Made by a program: the position numbers and the translations under genes. Below are positions 11,439 through 23,709 of a stretch of DNA of 64,000 nt, one piece after another. This DNA is from Octopus vulgaris (lineage: Eukaryota): the NCBI GenBank assembly GCA_951406725.2, contig OX597829.1:28396001-28460000 (forward strand), written 5' to 3'. A model generated the notes under the pieces. That model was not told where the DNA came from. It did no database searches and saw only the letters and a list, made by a program, of their open reading frames with translations. Numbering within the stretch: the stretch's first letter is position 1; each line of letters begins with the position of its first letter.

Positions 11439-14400
11439 AATAATAATAATAATAATAAAGGATAAAATTAATTAATAATTAATAATTTTACCAAGTAGTT
11501 TGGTATGTTAAAGAACCATTATTCGGTAAACTTATACATAAAATTTTATAATTATGAGTATAATTATAATTAGGGTTTAGCAAAAATTTGCTTTACCACA
11601 TACTGAAATTTTCTTAAGGTAGTGAAACAGTTAGTTTTAACTGCTAGTTCTAAATTTCAATGCGTAGTGAAGCAAATTTTTTGTTGATGAACCCTAATTA
11701 TAATTATACTCATAATTATAAAATTTTATATATATATATATATATATCATCACCTGGCATAAAGCCGCTTCCCTCAATACTACTTCCTACCTCAGATGAA
11801 GGGAACTATTTTCCAAGTTACTTGGTGACCACCACTAACGTTAGTGCTTTGAAGAAAGCACCCTGTATGTTCTCCTTTTCTACTATAAGCACAAGGCCTG
11901 AAATTTTGGGGGAGGGGCCCAGTTGATTAGATCGACCTCAGTATGCAACTGGTACTTAATTTATCGACCCCAAAAGGATGAAAGGCAAAGTGGACCACAG
12001 CAGAATTTGAACTCTGAACGTAAAGACAGATGAAATACCGTGAAGCATTTTGTCCGGTGTGCTAACGTTTCTGCCTGCTCACCACCTTGCACTGTGTATA
12101 TTCTGTAAGTATCTGATGTTAGGAAATGTACCCAACTGTAGAAACCATGTCAAAGCTGACACATTGGAGCTTGGTGCAGCAGTCTCTAACATATATCAGG
12201 CTGCTGTCAAACCATCAAACCCATACCAGCATGGAAAATGAATATTTTATGATTATGATGACAATGTGATGATTTTGTATGTATATATAGATATATATAA
12301 ACATATATATATAATTAATACAAAAAAAAATAATAAAACGAAGAGAAAACAAGAAAAATCAACAACGCGGGAATGTAGTGCATGCAAAGTATTAACAGAT
12401 GCTCAGGGAAGGAAAGAAAGGTGGTTTTACATTTCGAGCAAAGCTCTTCTTCAGAAACAGGAGACAGAAGAAAGTCCAAGAGAAAAGGAAGATGGAGGAA
12501 AAAAATTGCCAATGATTCACATGTGCCAGTGACACATAAAATGTATATATGTGTATACATACATAGCTAGTTGATAAAGCTAGTTGTAAATTAATCAACC
12601 AAGGTGTGTGTGTGTGCGGAGGCCACTCTGGGCTGTCAATAAAAGTCGGTTCCATTAGTCCCCGACTATCAAGAACATTTTCCACATAATTATCAATGGC
12701 CCCTCCCCTGCGATAGAAGAACACATATTTTTCCACACTTACACACTGTTTCACATATGATTTGTACCAGAGTTCCTCATACACAACTCTTCTGAAGGTG
12801 CATTCTGAAACCTTGAGGTCTTTGCATGGTTCTGATTGACTTACCAGTGTTTTTATCAATTGTTTCTTGGACTTTTTGTACAAAGTAATGTGTCCTGATG
12901 GTATTAGGCTCCAGCACATGCGTTTTGCATTTAGTTGCTGATGTTGGATCCCCATCAGCAGGTTCTGGCTCCTTTCAAACTTTGATAATGAAAGATTGGG
13001 CAACTTTCAGAAAGTGAGCTCTCTCTTTATCACTATACTGTGCTTTTAAGACAATGGTTACAGTGTGCCTTTTCATTTGCTGAGTCAACCTGATATCCAT
13101 TGTTTATCTGAAAAGTAAGGTGAAAAAATCAAGTTAGATCCTTTGAAGTATCCTCAAAATACCCGATGCATCCAGGAGAACCCAGCCATGGCTGTCAGAC
13201 AATTTCTGCAACCACATCACCCCTAACATCTGACCATCTAACTCCCTAGATTGCAACCCCCTTGCTTATTATGTGTGGGGCGCAGTTGAGTGAGAGATCA
13301 ACAAAACTCCTTGTAACACCAAAGATGAACTGAAGTCAAGTATTACAGTAGCATTTACGAACTTAAACAAGGAAACTGCCCAGAGGAGTTGCAGGAAATT
13401 CCAAAGTCGTCTGGAGACCATGGTTATAGCCAATGGTGATTTCATTGAAGAAATTTACTCTTTAATATTTCAAGATATTTTTATGTAATTTTGATACATA
13501 AATCTGGTAAAATGAGATGTCAGTGTTATTTTCATTTCTGCATAATTTAGACAACAGTATATATACTGCACCCTGTATATATATTTATATATATATATTT
13601 CTCTCTCTTTCTATCTCTCTCTCTATATATACATACATATATAATTATTAATTATAATTGAGGGTACATGAAGTACCAGAGTTGCTAGAAATAAGAATAA
13701 AAAAATACTCAAATAAGCCACCATTTTACTGAAAATACAACAGGCTAACAAAAATTGAGGGACTAGCAAAATTTAACTTACCATTGCAGCTGAAAGTCTC
13801 ATCAGTAGGTCTTGTTGTTAGCCAGGGGTTAAATTTATGCTTGTTTTGATATGCCTCTCAAAATTGTTGAAAGACCAGTACCAAATTCAAACAATATCAG
13901 TGTATAATTAGACATAAATAAAGATACTATTATTATTATTGATAAATAATAACAATAATAATATAAGTGACCAGCAAGCATTAATTATAAATTTATAAAT
14001 TTGCCTTTTTGGCTTTAATGGGAGCTCCTCTATGCTGATGACCTTGCTCTTATAGCTGAATCACTATCTGAACTAGAGAAAAAGTTCTAGGTATGGAAAC
14101 AACATATAGAATCAAAGGGTTTAGAAAAAACCAAAGTCTTAGTAAGTAGGAAGGTAGACAAATCACAAATCCCTTCAGGTAGATGTCCCTGCTTGATATA
14201 TAGAAAAGGTGTTGGTAGAAACTTCATAAGATGCACCCAGTGTAAGCTTTGTGCACATAAAAGATGCAGCAATATCAGAGGAAGGTTAACAGGTAAACTA
14301 GTTTTTGTATGTGAAAGATGCACAGGTACAATAGATGCTGAAAATGTGCAGAAAATAGATTCCATCAACTGCCAGAGGGTTTCTGTTATCAAGGTGACCA

Positions 14401-17400
14401 AGTTAGTAGTGGAAGTGGATACTCTAAGAGCGTAGCTGTGGGAATAAGATTAGGCTGGGCATTGTTCAGAGAGCTTCTACCCCTGTTGGCAACAAAGGGC
14501 CTCTCTCTCAGAGTGAAAGATTGTTTGATGCCTGTGTGCGAACAGCTATGCTGCATGGCAGTGAAACATGAGCTGTGGCAGCTGAGAACATGTGTAGGCT
14601 TGAAATAAATGAAGCCAGTATGCTTCATTGGATGTGCAATATCAGTATGCATGTTCGACAGAGTGTAAGCATCTTGAGAAAAAAGTTAGGCATAAGAAGC
14701 ATCAGATGTGGTGTGCAAGAGGATGACTACTGGTATGGTCATGTGATGCATATAGATGAGGACAGCTGTGTAAATAAGTGCCGGTCTCTAACTTAGGAGG
14801 GAGCCTATGATAGAGGTAGATCCAGGAAGACATTGGATGAGGTGGTGAAGCATGATCTTCATAGAGGCAATGACTGGTGACCAAGACCTTTGGCGACGTG
14901 TTGTGCTTGAGAGGACCCATCAAGCCAAGTGCACCCATGCTGGTGGCATGTAAAGAACACCTTTGAAGTGTTGGGCCTCATGGAGGCAAAGTGGCTGAGT
15001 TCTTTTTGAGTAATACAGTTCTATATTTAAGAGATGAGGAATTATGTACATTATTTACATTCGATGGATATTTGTCCTCATCTTGTTTGTTGTTAACACA
15101 TTTAGGCTGATCCACCCTCCAGCCTTCATCAGGTGTCTTGGAGAAATTTTGAACCTGGGTTCTCATTCCTAAGGTATTTTTCGATGTCCTCCCCCCCTCC
15201 CCTCCTCCTCATTCACCCTCCTCTTCCCCTCCTCCTAGTGGAGGTTACCTCCCTAGTGATGGTGCTTCAGAAAATATTCTCAATACATAATGTAAAGTGG
15301 TCAGCAAATGATCAGAAAAAGTATTGGGTAGTGAGATCCATTTAGTCCTGTTTTGTTAAGAGCTATTTAGCTTCTCTGGCCACATGAGAAAGTGCATCCA
15401 GTGCACACTGTAAAATGGTTGGCAAAAGATCAGAGAAAGTGTTGAGTAGTGAGGCTCATTCAATTCTGTCACAAAGAAATGCACCCAGAATATTCAGTTG
15501 AGGAGTGTATTCCCCATATGTAAACAAATTCTTGTATCTTTCAAATGCAAAAAATTTGGTTGCTTTCTTTGGTGTTTCTGCAAGTAAAGAATAATGGGAC
15601 TGTAAACCCATTCCAATCCATGCCAGTATGGAATCCAGTCCACGTCAGCATGGAAAACTAATGTAACATGATGATGATGATGATGATGACCATTATAGAC
15701 ATACATGTATGGTGTGTGTGTGTGTGCATGTGTGTATATGTGTGTGCACGAGCACATGCATATGTGGCAGTGTCCATATAATTTATATCTATCCTAATTC
15801 CATCCAAAAGGCATTAGCCAGCTCAGAACTATAGTAGAAGATGCTTGTCCAAGGGACAATGTAGTGGATTGATCACTGGGTATGCAGTGAACTTCTTAAC
15901 CACACAGTTATGCCTGTACTGCATCATTGATGCTTGCTTAAGTCAGATGGAAATGAGGCAGATTTATCTATGGCCAGATGCTCTTTGTGTCATCAATCCT
16001 CACCTGGCAGCATTTCCTTATGATTGGATTGTTTTAATGAAAGCCTGGAAAAAAACAAAAAAAAAAAACGACACCACTCATATGAGGGTGTCACTTGTTT
16101 ACAACAATCACGTGATGTCAAGACGAAGAGGCACAAAGAACACAAAGGAACACACACATACATGCATACATGTACACATACACATGCACAAACACACACT
16201 TGAATACATGGACACACACACATGCACACATATACCTACATATATGTGCATGGTAGGCATCTTTTAGTTTCCATCTACCAAATCTACTCACAAGGCTTCA
16301 GTCGACTTACGGCTATAGTAGAAAAAACACTTACCCAAAATACCATGATGTGGGACTAAAACCACATAACTGGTTTTAGTCCCACTGTGTGGCACCTTCT
16401 TTACCATGCAGCCATGCATGCACGTTGTATATATGCTTATATACACACACGTGTACATATTTGTGTATGTATGTACATATGTACCTATACACATAGATAT
16501 GCATGTGATTCCAATAAAAATACAAAACAAACTAAAGAAAGAAAATGTTAAATACTTGATTAATTTCTATTAGTCCTCCTCCCCCTCCTCCTCACTTGTT
16601 GAAGAAGTAATAGTAATGGTGGTGAAAGAACTACATATATATTTATAAAATAAATACGATAACTATATTTGTATTTTTGATGTAATTTTATTTTGATTTC
16701 AGAATGTTAGGATTTTATAAAGGAATTCTTCCTCCATTACTTGCAGAAACACCCAAGAGAGCAACCAAATTTTTTGCATTTGAAAGATACAAGAATTTGT
16801 TTGCGTATGGGGAATACATTCCTCAACCGATAGTAAGTTCTGAGATTTAGTATTCTTCATGTCAGGAATGGCTGTTTTAGTTAATGGATATCAAAGCTTG
16901 TAGAGCATTGGACAAAATTCTTTGTTAAACACTATCATCATCGTCATCATCATCATCATACACTCACTACCACGACCACCACCATCATCATCATATAATG
17001 TCTACTTTCCATGCTGGCATGGGTTGAATGGTGTAACAGGAGCTGGCAAGCCGGAAGACTGCACAAAGCTCTACTGTCTGCTTTGGTGTGGTATCTATGG
17101 CTGGATGCACTTCCTGATACCAACCATTTTACAGAATAAGCCAGGTGCTTTTCATGTGGTTCCAACAGCAGTGAAGTTACCAAGTAACTTGAAAAGTAAG
17201 ACAGCACTCAACTGAGGGAGGGAGTAGTAATGAGGGAGATGGCTTTGTTCCAAATGAGATGAGTATGAGTAGAGGAACAGAAATAGATGTATTTAGTTAT
17301 ATGCCTTAAAGACCTGAGTCCAAGTCTCATCAAGGTTGACTTTGGCCCCTTGGCTTTTAATCTTTATGAAGTTGATAACAGAAAATTAAGTAGGAGTGGC

Positions 17401-17551
17401 TGTGTAGTAAGTAGCTTGTTTACCAACCACATGGTTCTGGGTTCAGTCCCACTGCGTGGCACCTTGGGTAAGTGTCTTCTGCTATAGCCTCGGGCCGACC
17501 AAAGCTTTCTGAGTGGATTTGGTAAACGGAAACTGAAAGAAGCCCATCGTA

Positions 17552-17599
<48 letters not shown>

Positions 17600-20500
17600 T
17601 GTGTGTGTTTGTGTGTCTGTGTTTGTCCCCTAGCATTGCTTGACAACTGATGCTGGTGTGTTTATGTCCCCGTTACTTAGCAGTTCGGCAAAAGAGACCA
17701 ATAGAATAAGTACTGGGCTTACAAAAGAATAAGTCCCGGGGTCGAGTTGCTCGATTAAAAGGTGGTGCTCCAGCATGGCCGCAGTCAAATGACTGAAACA
17801 AGTAAAAGAGAGAGTATCAGTCAAATAAAACAGAGGTAGTTTTAATTAGTAATGTTTATAATAATATCTTGGGTGCAGCTGTGGATATGTGGTGGGATGT
17901 TTGCTTCCCAGACACATGGTTCCAGGTTCACTTCCCTTATGTACCTTAGGCAAGTGTCTTCTACTATAGCCTTGGTTCTGACCAAAGCCTTGTGAGTGGA
18001 TTTGGCAAATGGGAACTGAAAGAAGTCTCTTATATGTGTATGTGTTAGAAATTTTGTGTTAAACATGAGAAGTCTGCTACAGAACATTGAGCATGCTTTG
18101 GCAAGCTTACAATGGCAAGGCAAAGGGTCATATGCAATGTTTTGAGTGGCATGGGTGCTTCAAAAACAAAAGAATGTCCCTTGAGGATGATGAACAATCT
18201 GAAAGGCCTGCCATGAGCATCACCCTTTGGAAATGTGGAGAAAATTCATCAGCTTAGGCATGAGGATCATCAGAGGACTATCAATGACATTTTGAAGCAT
18301 TTGAGAAAGAACATTTGGCAAAAGTAACTGGATCTGTAGAGTGTGAAGAATTGGATTCTTCATGGCATATGTGTGTGTGTGTGTGTGTGTCTTCCACCAT
18401 CACTTGAAAACTGGTGTTGGTGGTGTTTATGTCCCTGTAACCTGGTGGTTTGGCAAAAGAGCCTGAAAGGATGTGTACCTAGCTGGAGCCACAGAGACAA
18501 GTAAAATATAGAAAAAATAGATGTTTATAAAAATGTTTTAAATTTTATTTCATTCTTATTTTGTTGTTCTACTTGTTTTAAGTCTGTTAGCTTTTCATTG
18601 GCCTCTTTTTTTTTTTTTTGCTGGACCTCTAAGCTCTAGGGATGTAAATAAACCAATACCAATTATCAAGAAGGTGTAGCTGTGTGTTAGAGGAGTTTGC
18701 TTCCCAACTACATGGTCTTGGGTTCAATCCCACTGCATGGCACCTTGGGCAAGTGTCTTATGATTGAATTTGGTAGATGGAAACTGAAAGTGTATGTATG
18801 AGTGTGTGTGTGCGTGTACAAGTGTGTGTGTGCGTTTACAAGTGTGTGTGTATGTGTGTTACTGTCTCCTTGCCTTGATTTTATGTAATAGTTGCAAATG
18901 AGCATCAGTCATATGAGCAGTGTTCTTCATTCCCAGTCTTCTGTGAAAACATATCTGGTGATAGGCCTGAAACAGGTGAGGGTTAGTGACAAGGAAGGCA
19001 TCCAGGTTCAGAAAATCTGCCTCAGCAAACTCTGTTTGACCTATGCAAGCATGATAAGATTACTCCACAACACTTTGTAAGGTGTACAGGGTCAATTTCC
19101 CAGTTTCTCAGGTGTACAAGGTGGTATCAAAAAGTTCCATGACTAATTATGGAAGATAGTTTATTTACCTAAGTTTTAACATCATCTTCAAAATAGTCAC
19201 CTTGCACAGCAATAGACTGGTCCCAGCATTCCTGCCACTTTTGGAATCTGGCCTGAGAGTTGTTTTTTGTAAGTGAGTTGAGGACCTTCTGTGATTTTCT
19301 CTTGATTTCAACAATGGTGTTAAAACAGTGACCTTTGAGTTGCATTTTCATCTTGGGGAAGAGATGGAAGTTCGTAGGAGCTAAATCTGGTGAATAGGAC
19401 GAGTGCGGAAGTGACACCATGTTGTTATGGGGGAGAAATGCACAAGTGAGGAGAGCTTGTTGACTTGGTGCATTGTCATTGTGAAGAATCCATATGGACC
19501 CATATGACAAACCAATATCAGCAATGTTGTTGATTGTCCTCCAACAATCCTCATGCACAAGCAGATGAACTTTCACCACATTCCAGATTGCTCATTGTCT
19601 TCCAGAGATGTTCTTCTGCTTTTGAAGTGTCCATGCCACGCAAATCTTGCATACAATCCATTACCTCATCGCTGTAAGCTTGCCAAATCATACTCAATCT
19701 CTCTGTAGCAGACTTCCCAAGTTTAACACAAAATTTCACATTGGCTCTTTATTTCTGTTTATGACAAAATTGCAGACTACTGCATATACATGATCACAAA
19801 AACACAAATTTCACAACTTGCAAAGTAAACACCATGATGTCACTCAGCACACTGCCTCATGAAGGTCACTGCTAGCTCTTACTGTGCACACAACTGTGTG
19901 CTGCCATCTGTTGGTATGCTACAGAGCTAGTATGGGAATTTTTGGTACCTCACTGTGTGGTAAGTAGCTTGCTTACTAACCACATTCTTCTGGGTTCAGT
20001 CTCACTGCGTGGCACCTTGGGCAAGTGCCTTCTACTATAGCCTCAGGCCAACCAAAGCCTTGTGAGTGGACTTGGTAGACGGACACTGAAAGAAGTCCTT
20101 CGTATATATGTATATATATGTGTGTGTGTGTGTATGTTTGTGTGTCTGCGTTTGTCCCCCAACATCGCTTGACAACTGATGGTGGTGTGTTTACGTCCCC
20201 GTAACTTAGCAGTTTGGCAAAAGAGACAGATAGAATAAGTACTAGGCTTACAAAGAATAAGTCCTGGGGTTGATTTGCTCAACGATGACTGTAACTAGTA
20301 AAAAAGTAAAAGAGAGACAAGATGCTGTCTTTGTGAGTGATTGCAAGGGCTCTTGTTAAAGCCACTCAATATTAAGCAAAGCATAATATGATGATGTTTT
20401 AGTCTGAACAATATAGACAAATATATCCTTTTATAAGACAGTAGGACACAGTTTAAAAATTTGGTACTATTTTCACCAGGTCAGGTGCTCCTCTCCACCA

Positions 20501-22637
20501 CCTCATAGAGACTTCCTCATTGTCTGAAATCCATGAAGTCAATGAAACAGGTGAAAATATAAATGAATATACGTCCTAATATTACTTTCAGAATAATTGT
20601 TTTTCCCCTGTAATTTTAAATAAATTTAGTTTAATTGCCCACAGCAGTTTGTTTTCTTATGACATCATTGTTATATTCCTAATTCTTCCTTGCTATCTTT
20701 CTCTATTTTTCTAGGTTTTGACTCTAGCAGGACTATTTTCAGGTCTCACTGAAGCTGTTATCATCAATCCCTTTGAAGTGGTCAAAGTTAAATTACAGGC
20801 TGAAAGGGACAACATAAAGGGGGTAAGTAAGTGTATATATGATAATCATCACCATCGTTATCATCATTGTTGTAATCATCATCATCATTATCATCAACAC
20901 CCATTTTCCATACTGGCATGGGTTGAGCTGTTCAACTGGAGCTGCATGAATTAGAGGACTGCATCAAGCTCCAGTGTCAGCTCTTAAAATAATAATAATA
21001 ATAATGAAATTATTGTATACAGTGCTCAGATGCACCACAACTTGTCAAAAGTGCATATAAAGCATATGCAGAAATGTACAAATGTCTGGAAAGTGAACAG
21101 TGTACGAGTCAGATACATGCTTATGTGTGTATGGATGGGAGAAAATCAGGAATAGTGTTGGCAAATCTCAAGAAGCATGGAAGTTTTGAAGGATGCAGTG
21201 CCCCGACAACTAATAACTGATGCCGGCAGTTTGTTCCATGCTTCAGCAACTCTTAGCATGAAAAAATGTTTCCGAAAGTCATGGGAACTGTGCTGTTTTT
21301 TACTTTGTAGACATGTCCACAGGTGTTAGACAGGTGGAGTTTGAAAAGGTGCTCAGAGTTATTGTTTGTAAGATGGTTAATAATTTTATGGATGTCTGCC
21401 AAGTCAGCTGCCAGACGTCGGAGTTTCAGTGTATCTATGCCCAGGGAAGTAAGGCGTTCAGAATATGGCAAATGCCTGATGGAGAGTATTCTCTTGGTTG
21501 CACGTCACTGAATGGTTTCCAGACGATTAATATCCTGGGCAAGATAGGGGTTCCTAATGCCAACCACTTTACAAAGTATACTGGGTGCTTTTTACATGGC
21601 ACCAGCACTAGTGAGATCACCAAGTAACTTGCAAGACAAACCCTCTTCACGGTGTGGTGGTGCAGTATTGAGGGAGGTGGCTTTGTGCCAAGTGATGAGA
21701 TGTTAACATATGAAAGAGAAAAACAGGAACAAGTACAGGAGATGTATGGTTACTCCAGTTGAAAGGGAAGGATGATGGCAGTGAAGATGTGTTAGAGCAT
21801 ATCTTCCATGTGGAGGAAGGTGAATAATTTATTTACTTGTGTGTACATCAGCAAATAATAGAAACAGTAAGGTGCCATGCTGAATAGCTAACAATAGTTA
21901 GTTTTGTCTCTCTGTGTTCTGTTTGCAAAGCCTTTGTTATTAATCCAGCTGGAGTTAATGCTGTAACTACCAGTTATATATTGGAGTCAATTTCAAAAGA
22001 ACAGCAACAACTGCATTGATCATCCATTCAAAATGAACACCAACTACTTGACTTCAATGGTTGTAGTTACTTGATTTGTTAGGAATGGCAGCCAAGTCTC
22101 CTTGGTTGAATCACAACCAACTGCTTTAATTAAACAGAACACGTTGACAGTGATGTTCCTGATTTACTAAAAGATCAGATGATCGTGACTGGAGTGCTTT
22201 TGATCAAAGTTGACCTGGGGATACACAGCAATAGTGTCAACCACACTGAATTTTTTTTCTGGTCCCTCAGGATTTTCAGAAGTCATAGACCATAATCTGT
22301 TACCTTTCATGACTGTGAAGTGTATATGCTTGTACACACACACACGCACACGCGCACGCACACACACACACTCACAAGGCTGTAGTAGAAGACTGCACTC
22401 GGAACCATGTAGTTGGCAAGCAAGCTTCTTACGACACAGCCAAACCCCATTAAATATATATATATATAAAATACAAAATGGGACAAGAACGCAAAACATC
22501 CAGACACTTTGATGATACAAAAATAGGACAACAAACCATCCAGATAGATGATACAAAGAAAACAAGGACGGGTCATTCAAAGTTTTCTTTCCTCAGTCAA
22601 GTACCAGATTATCTTCACAATTTCGGCTGATTATACT

Positions 22638-22678
<41 letters not shown>

Positions 22679-22842
22679 CTACCAGCCATTAGGGTCTGAG
22701 AGATGCTGTACGGTTGAGTGCTTTATGGACGTGAAACCCAGGATAACCCCATAGACTGACCATGACTATCTTTATCTAATTACTCTACTACTCCATAACT
22801 CTATAACTTAGAGTGTGCTTCTCTTTTGGATTTATGATTTAC

Positions 22843-22899
<57 letters not shown>

Positions 22900-23663
22900 C
22901 GCAGGAGTGGCTGTGTGGTAAGTAGCTTGCTAACCAACCACATGGTTCCGGGTTCAGTCCCACTGCGTGGCATCTTGGGCAAGTGTCTTCTGCTATAGCC
23001 TCGGGCCGACCAATGCCTTGTGAGTGGATTTGGTAGACGGAAACTGAAAGAAGCCTGTTGTATATATGTATATATATATGTGTGTTTGTGTGTCTCCCCC
23101 TAGCATTGCTTGACAACCGAAGCTGGTGTGTTTACGTCCCCGTCACTTAGCGGTTCGGCAAAAGAGACCGATAGAATAAGTACTGGGCTTACAAAGAATA
23201 AGTCCCGGGGTCGAGTTGCTCGACTAAAGAGGCGGTGCTCCAGCATGGCCGCAGTCAGATGACTGAAACAAGTAAAAGAGTAAAAGAGTAAAAGAGTAAG
23301 AGTATATATATATATACAAGTTCAGCAAAATTTAGATTCAAATGAATATGGTACTTAATTTAGATGCACCAGAATTCTGTATGGTGTTATCCATATAAAT
23401 CCATGGGGTGACTATAATCAAAATAAGCAACAAGAATAACTCTGGTAATTTGGTACGATCGTTTCGCACTACATCATTTTATTAAATGTTGTAAGTATTA
23501 CAACAGTTTTAAAATGCTGAGCACTCATCAACCATTAATAGAGGTTTTCCATTAATACATAATTTTCATATCAAGTGGTAACATTATAGAGAAGGTAGAT
23601 ATATAGATAAAGATGTGGATTTAAATTTTAAGAACATTTGAGGCAGTGGAGCTTATCAACTGA

Positions 23664-23709
<46 letters not shown>

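Noticed and set aside
13780-13815. Minus-strand CTGATGA-gact..agtc in a TA-flanked repeat
   Set aside because: No GAAAC/NUH half was found; at most a deleted remnant, so it was not counted.
22455-22645. Repeat with CTGAGGA and cGAAAt motifs (also at 44975-45060)
   Set aside because: Motif order and pairing do not give a convincing hammerhead.
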